This document shows positions 40,581 through 48,819 of a stretch of 64,000 bases of DNA, in pieces. Origin of the DNA: Eubacteriales bacterium (GTDB lineage Bacteria > Bacillota > Clostridia > Oscillospirales > Butyricicoccaceae). Both the position numbers and the translations under genes were made by a program. The DNA lies in assembly GCA_030524205.1 (NCBI GenBank), contig JAUNGZ010000008.1, forward strand, positions 15,237 through 79,236. Reading direction: 5' to 3'. The notes beneath the pieces were generated by a model. That model saw only the letters and a program-made list of their open reading frames with translations, did not search any database and had not been told where the DNA came from. The stretch's first letter is position 1. Each line of letters begins with the position of its first letter.

Positions 40581-41279
40581 CTATTTATTTTGACTCCATG
40601 ACAGGGGATATCGGCTTTCCTCCAGCAGGGCTTTGTCGACAGCACGCATCGCGTCGACGATCTGCTGGCAAAGGAAGGGCGTGTAGCGGTGCCGCGGCAG
40701 AACAATATTGATGCCGGCAGTGTTTCCCAACAGCGCCACTGCTAAGCAATAGGCGTCCATTTCCGATTCAAACTTGAGGCAGTAACCGTCCCGCTGCATA
40801 TCGTTGCAGTTTTTCAGATGCTCGGCGGGAATAAGGGAACCGCGGCCGGCCAGCACGATCATTCCGATGGCCGAGTTATAATATTCGTCCATATTGCCGA
40901 CAACGGAGGTCATGCGGTAGGGTTTGGACGGTTCGGATTTGTCGATATAGATCACTTTGTCATCGCGCACGATCCCCAGATGGAACGTTTCGTTAAACTG
41001 GCGGGTGAGCGAGACTAGGTAGGGATGCACCGAGGCGATCAGCTGCTGTTCGGCGTTGAAGCTGAGCGAATAGTGGAACAGGCGGTAGCCAAGAATAAAG
41101 CGCCCGGATTCATTTTTCTGCAAAAGCTTCCAGTATTCAAGTGTCGCACAGAAGCCGTGCAGCGTCGTTACCGGCAGGTTTAACACTCTGCTGAGTTCGC
41201 TCAGCGTATATTCGCCGGGATGCTGGGCGATCGTATCAAGCAACGTCACCGTGCGGTCTACGGATTGGATTGTTTTCAT
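40581..41279 (-). CDS. IclR-family regulator
   Basis: IQSVDR, LSELSRVLNLPVTTLH, FNETFHLG, VIYIDK. Confidence 0.85.
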   Translation of the reverse strand: MKTIQSVDRTVTLLDTIAQHPGEYTLSELSRVLNLPVTTLHGFCATLEYWKLLQKNESGRFILGYRLFHYSLSFNAEQQLIASVHPYLVSLTRQFNETFHLGIVRDDKVIYIDKSEPSKPYRMTSVVGNMDEYYNSAIGMIVLAGRGSLIPAEHLKNCNDMQRDGYCLKFESEMDAYCLAVALLGNTAGINIVLPRHRYTPFLCQQIVDAMRAVDKALLEESRYPLSWSQNK

Positions 41280-41348
41280 TTTTGGCACCTCGGCATTGCA
41301 GACGAAGAAAAGGAAAGCCCCTGATACATCCGTCAAGGGCTTGATCGC

Positions 41349-42041
41349 TTATTTGGACGGCTTGGGAGACGCCGGCCGCTCATAGCTTGAAAAAAAGTCG
41401 GACGGATACTGATCCTTCAAATCATAGGATTCGGTCAGGTGGCTGATGATGATGTTGGTGGCGGAATCCTCATCGTAGTTCATCAGCGCCTCTGCGATTT
41501 CAAAATGCTGGCGCGCATGCTTGAGCTCGTCGGTAACCGAGTTCGGGTGGGTGAGCAATATGAATTGCACGCGCAGATACAGTTCTTTCTGAAATTTGAC
41601 CAAAAGATCGTTCCGCGAAATTTTGGCGAGCTCCAGATGAAAATCACAGTCATACTGAATCTGCGTCAAACGGTCGTGCGCGCCAAGTGCGTTGGAGCAT
41701 TTCTCGGCAAGCTCGACCAGATGCAGAAAATCGGCGCGGCTGCCGTACAGAGAGGCCAGCTTGACCGCTGTGGTATCGAACGATACGCGCAGCGTGCCGA
41801 TTTCGCGGATTTCGTCCGCAGAGTACTGCTTGACAAGGGCAAAGCGGTTTGGGAAAATCTCGATCAGCCCTTCGTTTGCCAGCTGGCGCATGGCGTCGCG
41901 CACCGGCGTGCGGCTGATGCCAAACTGCTCTGCGATCTTGGTTTCGGGAATTTTCTGGCCGGGCTGCAGCTGCTGCGTCATGATCAGAGACAAGATATGA
42001 TTATAAGCGGGTTCAATTAACCCAACAGAAGTTTTAGACAT
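41349..42041 (-). CDS. GntR/FCD-family regulator 1
   Basis: FGISRTPVRDA HTH; DCDFHLEL..QHFEI FCD domain. Confidence 0.9.
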   Translation of the reverse strand: MSKTSVGLIEPAYNHILSLIMTQQLQPGQKIPETKIAEQFGISRTPVRDAMRQLANEGLIEIFPNRFALVKQYSADEIREIGTLRVSFDTTAVKLASLYGSRADFLHLVELAEKCSNALGAHDRLTQIQYDCDFHLELAKISRNDLLVKFQKELYLRVQFILLTHPNSVTDELKHARQHFEIAEALMNYDEDSATNIIISHLTESYDLKDQYPSDFFSSYERPASPKPSK

Positions 42042-42355
42042 CGAAACACTCCTTGGTGTTAAATTTGGGTTTCTGTATTATTTTTATTATAACACGATTA
42101 TAAAAAAAGGAAAGTGTTTTTCAGGAAAATACTGCATATTCACAAAGGAAATTTAGCGCAAAAACCATTTTGTTAGTCCAATATATGAATTACGGGATAC
42201 AGAAATTAGAGTGAGAATTTATTTCGGTAAAAATACCCATTTCGGAACCGGTTTTATTGAATACTGATAAAAATATTCAAAACTTTTTGATCGTATCCAA
42301 CAATTTGCTAAAAAATAATCACAATACTATACAAAAAGTTGGTGAAAAATTCTAA

Positions 42356-42414
42356 TGTAAGCGGTGAGAAAAGTATTTTTACGCCTTGAAATATGAAATC
42401 GCTTTCGATACAAT
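42356..42414 (+). promoter_or_regulatory. promoter with two cre-like sites
   Basis: TTGAAA-17-TACAAT (42386-42414); TGTAAGCGGTGAGA (42356) and TGAAATCGCTTTCG (42394). Confidence 0.5.
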
Positions 42415-42472
42415 AAATTCGTGAATAGCGGAGTAGATTCGATAATAGCGAAATGCGGAGAGGATAACAGCT

Positions 42473-42727
42473 ATGGGAATGAAAGAATTACAGGCGGAAC
42501 GCATACGGGATTTTACGGAGCTTTGTAAATGGCTGGAGGAAAGCCACGCGATTTCTGAGATTATGGAACGCTTATCTGTGTTTGATGTGGACGAATTAGA
42601 ACAGCTGCGGCGGGAAAATGAACTGCAATATGACGCGCCGCTGCCGCAGAGCCTGAGGGTGGTACAGGAGTACTGCGCGTTGGCCCGCGTTCAGCGCCGC
42701 GTATGCGCGGCGGCGGCGAGCGCTTGA
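42473..42727 (+). CDS. hypothetical protein, 84 aa
   Basis: own promoter, GGAGAGG RBS and terminator; no recognisable family. Confidence 0.6.
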   Translation: MGMKELQAERIRDFTELCKWLEESHAISEIMERLSVFDVDELEQLRRENELQYDAPLPQSLRVVQEYCALARVQRRVCAAAASA

Positions 42728-42740
42728 TCGAAAAATGCAG

Positions 42741-42780
42741 CATGCACCCGGCGGCCAAAGGCCGCCGGGTGCATTTTTTA
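42741..42780 (+). terminator. intrinsic terminator
   Basis: ATGCACCCGGCGGCC / GGCCGCCGGGTGCAT plus T tract. Confidence 0.85.
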
Positions 42781-42828
42781 TTGAAAATGATGGAATATAA
42801 AAATAACTATAAAATTATAAAATATAAA

Positions 42829-42871
42829 TTGCATACAATATGTTGACATATAATTGAGAGTGTTATATGAT
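42829..42871 (+). promoter_or_regulatory. moaD-aor promoter with GntR-type site
   Basis: TTGCATACAA (42829-42838) next to TTGACA-17-TATGAT (42843-42871). Confidence 0.65.
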
Positions 42872-42928
42872 GATTTTAATGGAAGGCAATCCATATACCG
42901 CGGGCCGCGGGTGCGGAAAGGAGGAAAA

Positions 42929-43192
42929 ATGCAGGTCGAAGTGACGATAAAATACGGGGGGCATTATGCCTCTCTGACGGGCTGCCCGCAGGAGTCGATA
43001 GCGGTGGACGACCACGTGACGGCGGCTTGCGAGCAAGTGCAGCGCCATGTGCGGCAGCGGTATCAAATCTGCCCGCCGTATATCCTGCTGGTGGGAAACC
43101 AGCATATGATCGGCGCATGTAAGAAACGGCAGAATCAGCCGATCCGGCAAGGGGAGATATTTCAGTTGCTGCCGTTTGTCTCGGGCGGCTGA
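42929..43192 (+). CDS. moaD: MoaD/ThiS-family sulfur carrier
   Basis: 87 aa ending LLPFVSGG (C-terminal Gly-Gly); AGGAGG RBS. Confidence 0.8.
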   Translation: MQVEVTIKYGGHYASLTGCPQESIAVDDHVTAACEQVQRHVRQRYQICPPYILLVGNQHMIGACKKRQNQPIRQGEIFQLLPFVSGG

Positions 43193-43214
43193 ACAGGATC
43201 AGTGAGGTGATGAA

Positions 43215-45092
43215 ATGAAAGGTTATGCCGGCCAAATCCTGCATGTGGATTTGACAACAAAGCAGTGCCGGGTGGAAAAACCGGAGGAGAGCTTCTATCG
43301 GGCCTATCTGGGCGGAAGCGGTCTAGGCACTTATTATGTTTTAAAGGAAACCCCGAAAAACTGCGATCCGCTGGGACCGGAGAACGTAATCGTATTTTCA
43401 GTGGGGCCGGTGACCGGAGCGAGCCTGAGCGGCGCGGCCCGGCATGCGGTGACGGCCAAATCGCCGCTTACCGGTTCGATCGGCGCGAGCGAAGCCGGAG
43501 GATACTGGGCGCCGGAGCTGAAAAAGGCAGGGTTCGACGCGGTCGTCATCAAGGGACGCGCGTCCGCACCGCAGTATTTATGGATACATAACGGCGAATA
43601 TGAGCTGCGGGACGCTTCCGCCCTGTGGGGCAAAACCACGGGCGATGTGCAGCAGCTGATTCGAGAAGAACTGAACGATAAAAGCATCCGTGTGGCGCAG
43701 ATCGGCCCTTCCGGTGAAAACGGCTGCCTGTATGCCAACATCGTAAACGAATTGGCGCATTTTAACGGCCGCGGCGGTTTGGGCGCGGTCATGGGCTCGA
43801 AGAATCTGCGCGCGATCGCGGTGCGCGGGACGATGAAGCCGGATTTCGCGGATGCGGAGGGGCTGATGGCGCTGGCCAAACGCGGCGCGCAGCAGGTACT
43901 GAACGAGCCGGGCCCGGCGGGCTTCAAGCAGGAGGGCACGAACAACTGCGTCAACGCGCATATCGGTTTGGGCGGCCTGCCGACGCGCAACTGGTCGTCC
44001 GGCGTGTTTGAAGGGCAGGACGAGCTGACGCCCAAGGCGTGGGAAAGCGTCATCAAGCCCGGCACCTGCTTTGCCTGCGTGCAGAGCTGCAAGCGCCATG
44101 TCGACCCGAAAAAGGTCGCGCCCGATGTGCTGGATCCGAAGTACGGCGGCCCGGAATACGAAACGGTTGGCATGTGCGGCTCCAACCTGTGCATCTCCGA
44201 CAAAATCGCGATCTGCAGAATCAACGAGATCGCCGCAAAATACGCCTTTGATACGATTTCCTTCGGCGTAACGGTCGGCTTTCTGATGGAGTGCATGGAA
44301 AAGGGACTGATCACCCCGGCGGACACCGGCGGGATCGAGCTTCGCTTTGGCGACGCGGACGCGGTTATCCGTCTTGCCGAGCTGACCGGCAAGGGCGAGG
44401 GCTTTGGCCGGGAGGTCGCGCTCGGCTCGGCGCGTCTGGCAAAGAAAATCGGAAAAGGCTCGGAAAAGCTGCTGGCCACGGTGAAAAACCGCGAATTCCC
44501 GGCGCACATGCCGCAGGCAAAGGCCTCGCTCGCGCTGGCATACGCGCTGACGCCGTTCGGCGCAGACCATGTGACGATTGAAATGGACCCGGCGATCGGC
44601 GCGCTGCCGCTGTCCGATCAGATGCGCGGCTTCGGCTTTGACCGCGCGGAGGACCCGTATGAGCTGAATCTGGAAAAATCCAAGCTGTTTTGGCGCACGC
44701 AGCTGATGTACAGCATGATGGACGCGGCCTGCATGTGCCTGCTGGCGTGGGGCATGTGGACGATCTACACGCCGGATGACCTTGTCGATGCCATCAATAT
44801 GGCGACCGGCTGGAAAACCAACCTGTATGAGATGCTGATGGCGGGCGAACGCCGGCTGCAGATGATGCGCGCGTACAACATCCGCGAGGGCCTGACCAAT
44901 GCGGACGACGAGCTGCCGGGCAAAATGTTTGCGCCGCTCAAGGGCGGAATCACCGACGGCTTTACCGTAGACAAGGAAATGTTCTATCAGGCGCGCGAAT
45001 TCTTCTATGAGATGGCTGGCTGGACCGGAGAAAACGGCGCGCCGACCAAAGCGCGGCTGCTTTCGCTCAATCTGGACTGGCTTGCCGAGTAA
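43215..45092 (+). CDS. aor: tungsten aldehyde:ferredoxin oxidoreductase (AOR/WOR family)
   Basis: KSPLTG, GFDAVVIKG, GRGGLGAVMGSKNL, CFACVQSC, GPEYET, DTIS, C-terminal Cys. Confidence 0.9.
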   Translation: MKGYAGQILHVDLTTKQCRVEKPEESFYRAYLGGSGLGTYYVLKETPKNCDPLGPENVIVFSVGPVTGASLSGAARHAVTAKSPLTGSIGASEAGGYWAPELKKAGFDAVVIKGRASAPQYLWIHNGEYELRDASALWGKTTGDVQQLIREELNDKSIRVAQIGPSGENGCLYANIVNELAHFNGRGGLGAVMGSKNLRAIAVRGTMKPDFADAEGLMALAKRGAQQVLNEPGPAGFKQEGTNNCVNAHIGLGGLPTRNWSSGVFEGQDELTPKAWESVIKPGTCFACVQSCKRHVDPKKVAPDVLDPKYGGPEYETVGMCGSNLCISDKIAICRINEIAAKYAFDTISFGVTVGFLMECMEKGLITPADTGGIELRFGDADAVIRLAELTGKGEGFGREVALGSARLAKKIGKGSEKLLATVKNREFPAHMPQAKASLALAYALTPFGADHVTIEMDPAIGALPLSDQMRGFGFDRAEDPYELNLEKSKLFWRTQLMYSMMDAACMCLLAWGMWTIYTPDDLVDAINMATGWKTNLYEMLMAGERRLQMMRAYNIREGLTNADDELPGKMFAPLKGGITDGFTVDKEMFYQAREFFYEMAGWTGENGAPTKARLLSLNLDWLAE

Positions 45093-45118
45093 AGGCTCAT
45101 CAAATTGAAAACAACGCA

Positions 45119-45219
45119 TATCTCCGAATCCGTTTGCCTACCTGCGCGCCGCGCACAGGGCGGGCGGATCGTTAGGGGAGCGGGGGAAACGCCGCTGCCT
45201 TCCGTGTTGAAAAGGAGAT
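45119..45219 (+). ncRNA. Moco/Wco RNA motif (molybdenum/tungsten cofactor riboswitch)
   Basis: CTCCGA..P2/P3..TAGGG..GAAAC tetraloop..GCCTTCCGTGTTGAAAAGGAG; lies upstream of tupABC-moeA. Confidence 0.8.
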
Positions 45220-45380
45220 GTCTCACAGTGGGAAACAAGAAGGTTTGTCTATTGCTGTGTCCGCAAAAGATCCGTGACGGAATTTCGGAGTATATGCGTA
45301 TCCATAAATCCTGTTTCGTCATTATAGGGCGGCTTTGTCCGCTCCTGTAAAATAAAAGATCTTTTGGGGAGTGTCAGAAA

Positions 45381-46250
45381 ATGAAAAACAAAAAGGGATT
45401 GCTGGCGGCGCTGGCCGCGCTGCTCATACTGGGAGGCTGCGGACAGAATACGCAGGCGCCGCAGACGACAGACCAGAACGACGCGGGAACGCCGCCGCCG
45501 GAAAAACAGACCATCATCCTTGCGACGACGACCAGCACGCAGGACAGCGGCCTGCTGGACGTGCTGCTGCCCGAATTCACGCAGGAGACGAATATTGAGG
45601 TGAAGACCATCGCCGTCGGCACGGGCAAGGCGATCCAGATGGGCGTCGACGGGGAAGCTGACGTGCTGCTCGTTCACGACACCGCCTCCGAACTGAAATT
45701 CATGGAGGAGGGCAACGGCGTCGAACGAAATCAGGTGATGTACAACGATTTCATTCTCGTCGGCCCGAAGAGCGACCCGGCGGGTATCGCCGCATCGTTC
45801 GGCAGCGACGCCGCGGGCGCGCTCGGCAAGATCGCGGAAACCGCCTCGCCGTTCGTTTCGCGCGCGGACGATTCCGGCACGCATAAAAAGGAGCTCAAGC
45901 TGTGGGGCGATCTGGCGCACGAGGGCGATTGGTACATCGAAGCGGGCGCGGGCATGGGCGACGTGCTCAAGATGGCGGATGAAAAGCAGGCGTATACCCT
46001 GTCCGACCGCGCGACCTACCTTTCCATGCAGGATGATCTCGATTTGGAAATCGTCTGCGAGGGCGACCAGAACATGTTCAACCAGTACGGCGTGATGACG
46101 GTCGATCCCAAGAAAAACGACCAGATCAATTACGACGGCGCCAAGGCGTTTTACGATTGGATGATCAGCGACGCAACGCAGAGCCGCATCGCGGAATTCG
46201 GCAAGGACACCTACGGCCAGTCGCTGTTTACGCCGAACGCCAAGGGCTGA
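45381..46250 (+). CDS. tupA: tungstate ABC transporter binding lipoprotein
   Basis: lipobox LGGC, ATTTSTQDSGL (TTTS signature), VSRADDSGTH. Confidence 0.9.
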   Translation: MKNKKGLLAALAALLILGGCGQNTQAPQTTDQNDAGTPPPEKQTIILATTTSTQDSGLLDVLLPEFTQETNIEVKTIAVGTGKAIQMGVDGEADVLLVHDTASELKFMEEGNGVERNQVMYNDFILVGPKSDPAGIAASFGSDAAGALGKIAETASPFVSRADDSGTHKKELKLWGDLAHEGDWYIEAGAGMGDVLKMADEKQAYTLSDRATYLSMQDDLDLEIVCEGDQNMFNQYGVMTVDPKKNDQINYDGAKAFYDWMISDATQSRIAEFGKDTYGQSLFTPNAKG

Positions 46251-46265
46251 CGGGAGCGGACGGCC

Positions 46266-46967
46266 ATGGCCTATTTATGGGAAGGGCTGGTATCCGCCGG
46301 CCGTTTGATTGTCGGCGGCGACGCGGAATTCTGGGCAATCGTTTTCCGCTCGGTCGGCGTTTCCGGGCTTGCGACGGTACTCGCGGCGGCGCTGATGTTC
46401 CCGCTGGCGGTGCGTCTGGGGCTGTCCTCCTTCCGGGGCGAAAAAACATTTTCAAGGATACTGGGTACGCTGATGAGCGTACCCAGTATCCTTATCGGCT
46501 TGCTGGTATGCCTGTTTTTATCACGCCGGGGACCGCTGGGCTCGCTTTCCTTATTATATACAAAGCCCGCGATGGTGTTCGCCCAGATGCTGCTGGTGTC
46601 GCCGCTGCTGCTGGGGCTCGCCTATCCGGCGGTGAAAGGAAAGGGGCGGATGATCCGGGAAACCGCGCAGACGTTGGGCGCGGGGCGGGCGCAGGTGCTG
46701 GGCGCGGTACTGCGGGAGATGCGCGGCGATTTTCTGGTGTTTTTCACCACCGCATTCGGCCGCGCGTTTTCCGAGGTCGGCAGCGTGATGATGGTGGGCG
46801 GCAATATCCGCGGGCAGACGCGGGTCATCACCACCGCGATCTCGCTGGAAAATTCGATGGGCGATTACAGCATGTCGATCGCGCTGGGGCTGGTGCTGCT
46901 GGCGGCGGCGCTGGCGCTCAACTGGGTGGCGTATGCGTTTAAGGAGCGGGGCGGCGATGAAGGTTGA
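46266..46967 (+). CDS. tupB: tungstate ABC permease
   Basis: LSRRGPLG, FGRAFSEVG..MVGGNIRGQTRVITTAI. Confidence 0.9.
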   Translation: MAYLWEGLVSAGRLIVGGDAEFWAIVFRSVGVSGLATVLAAALMFPLAVRLGLSSFRGEKTFSRILGTLMSVPSILIGLLVCLFLSRRGPLGSLSLLYTKPAMVFAQMLLVSPLLLGLAYPAVKGKGRMIRETAQTLGAGRAQVLGAVLREMRGDFLVFFTTAFGRAFSEVGSVMMVGGNIRGQTRVITTAISLENSMGDYSMSIALGLVLLAAALALNWVAYAFKERGGDEG

Positions 46968-47625
46968 AATAGAAAAGCTGCAAATGTACTATGGCCGGCG
47001 GCGCGTGCTCGATATCCCGGCGCTGACGATTGAGGACGGACAGACGACCGTGCTGTGGGGCGATAACGGCGCGGGCAAGTCGACGCTGCTGCGCATTTTG
47101 GCCGGGGTGCTGCCCGGCTGGACGGGCAGCGTCCGGTACGGCGGCAAGGAAGGGGTCTCCCGGCAGAGCGTTACGCTGGTGCACCAGTCGCCGTATATGT
47201 TCGACTGCTCGGTGCGGGAAAATATCGCCTACCCGCTGCGGCTTCGAAAGAAGCCTGCAGAGGAAATCGACTGGATGACCGCCGAATGGATGCGCGTGCT
47301 GGGCATCGAGGCGCTCGCCGGGCGCAACGCGCGCCGCCTGTCCGGCGGGGAAACGCAGAAAACGGCGCTGGCGCGGGCGTTCGCGGCCGAGCCCGAGCTG
47401 CTGCTGCTCGACGAGGCGACTGCGGGCATCGATCTGGCCTCGATGGCCTGCATCGAGCAGGCGCTTCGCGCTTACCGCGCGCAAAAACGGGCGACGGTGC
47501 TGCTTTCCACCCATGTGCGGGAGCAGGCGCTCCGGCTGGCGGACCGCGCGGTTTGTTTGGAACAGGGAAAGGTTAAGACGGAACATGAATTTTTTACAGA
47601 TCGTATCCATCCCACAGGCGGTTGA
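46957..47625 (+). CDS. tupC: tungstate ABC ATPase
   Basis: GDNGAGKST, LSGGETQK, LLLDE; operon context. Confidence 0.85.
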   Translation: MKVEIEKLQMYYGRRRVLDIPALTIEDGQTTVLWGDNGAGKSTLLRILAGVLPGWTGSVRYGGKEGVSRQSVTLVHQSPYMFDCSVRENIAYPLRLRKKPAEEIDWMTAEWMRVLGIEALAGRNARRLSGGETQKTALARAFAAEPELLLLDEATAGIDLASMACIEQALRAYRAQKRATVLLSTHVREQALRLADRAVCLEQGKVKTEHEFFTDRIHPTGG

Positions 47626-48808
47626 GCTACTGCTCAGCGTGGACGGCGGGCCGTGGAGCGGCAGCGAGCGGGTGCGCACGGCGGACAGCGTGGGACGCAC
47701 CGCGGCTGAGGCGCATTTCGCGGCGGCCGCGCTGCCGCCGTACAGCCGTTCGACGGTGGACGGGTTCGCGGTGCGGTCGTGCGACACGTTCGGCGCTTCC
47801 GAGCAGGCGCCCACGCTGTTGCGCTTGTGCGGCGAGGTGCGCATGGGCTGCAAAACGGAGCTGGCCGTCGGCCCGGGGCAGGCGGCCGCGATCCCGACCG
47901 GCGGCATGCTGCCCGCGGGCGCGGACGCGGTCGTGATGGCGGAATACTGCGAACAGGCCGCGCGGGATTGGGTGTCGGTCGGCCGCGCGGCGGCGCCGCG
48001 CGAAAACGCGGTGCTGTCGGGGGAGGACGCGGCGGCGGGCGAAACGCTTCTTGCGCGGGGCGCGCGGATCGATGCGCGCGCGGCGGCGGTGCTGGCGGCC
48101 TGCGGCCTTGCGGAAGCGGCGGTGCAGACAAGGCCGCGCGTTACGCTGATCTCGACCGGGGACGAGCTAGCCGAACCGGGGAAGCCACTGATGCCCGGCC
48201 GCATTTACGACTGCAACTCGACCGCGCTCGAAGCGCTCTGCGCGGAGCAGGATTTGCAGGTGTGCGCCGTTTATCGCGTGGGGGACAGCCTGACAGCTTT
48301 CACAGAGGCTCTGCGCGGGGCGGCGGACAGCGACATGGTGCTGCTGTCGGGCGGCAGCTCGGCGGGCGCGAAGGACTACACGGTGCGCGCGCTCGAGGCG
48401 GTGCCGGGCGGCGAAGTGCTGGCGCACGGCCTGGCGGCCAAGCCCGGCAAGCCGACGATCGTCGGGCGGATGGGCCGCGTGCCGGTGATTGGGCTGCCCG
48501 GGCATCCGGCGGCGGCAATGATGGTGTTTTATGAGCTCGCGGCGGCTTACTGGCGGCAGCGGCGGCAGAGCGCGGACACGCGCCGTCGTCTCTTGGTGCG
48601 GCTTGCGGAGGACGTGCACGCTTCGCCCGGACGGCAGACGCTGCTGCTCGCCGAGCTGCTTGCGCGGGAAAATGAATTGTGGGCGCGGCCGGTTTACAGC
48701 AAATCGAGCCATATCCGCACAATGCAGCGGGCGGACGGTTATCTGCGCATCGCGCCGGAGCAGGAGGGCCTGCGCCGGGGACAGCTTGCCGAACTGATTT
48801 TGTTTTAG
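47585..48808 (+). CDS. moeA: molybdopterin metal insertase MoeA
   Basis: RSTVDGFAV, TGGMLPAGADAVVMAE, STGDEL, KPGKPT, LPGHP. Confidence 0.9.
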   Translation: MNFLQIVSIPQAVELLLSVDGGPWSGSERVRTADSVGRTAAEAHFAAAALPPYSRSTVDGFAVRSCDTFGASEQAPTLLRLCGEVRMGCKTELAVGPGQAAAIPTGGMLPAGADAVVMAEYCEQAARDWVSVGRAAAPRENAVLSGEDAAAGETLLARGARIDARAAAVLAACGLAEAAVQTRPRVTLISTGDELAEPGKPLMPGRIYDCNSTALEALCAEQDLQVCAVYRVGDSLTAFTEALRGAADSDMVLLSGGSSAGAKDYTVRALEAVPGGEVLAHGLAAKPGKPTIVGRMGRVPVIGLPGHPAAAMMVFYELAAAYWRQRRQSADTRRRLLVRLAEDVHASPGRQTLLLAELLARENELWARPVYSKSSHIRTMQRADGYLRIAPEQEGLRRGQLAELILF

Positions 48809-48819
48809 GAGGAGAGCGT

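Noticed and set aside
40520-42470. integrative element boundary at the left of the island
   Set aside because: No integrase, tRNA, att repeat or transposase seen; AT-rich stretches are limited to regulatory regions
45105-45350. 81-aa ORF between aor and tupA
   Set aside because: Overlaps the riboswitch and lacks an RBS
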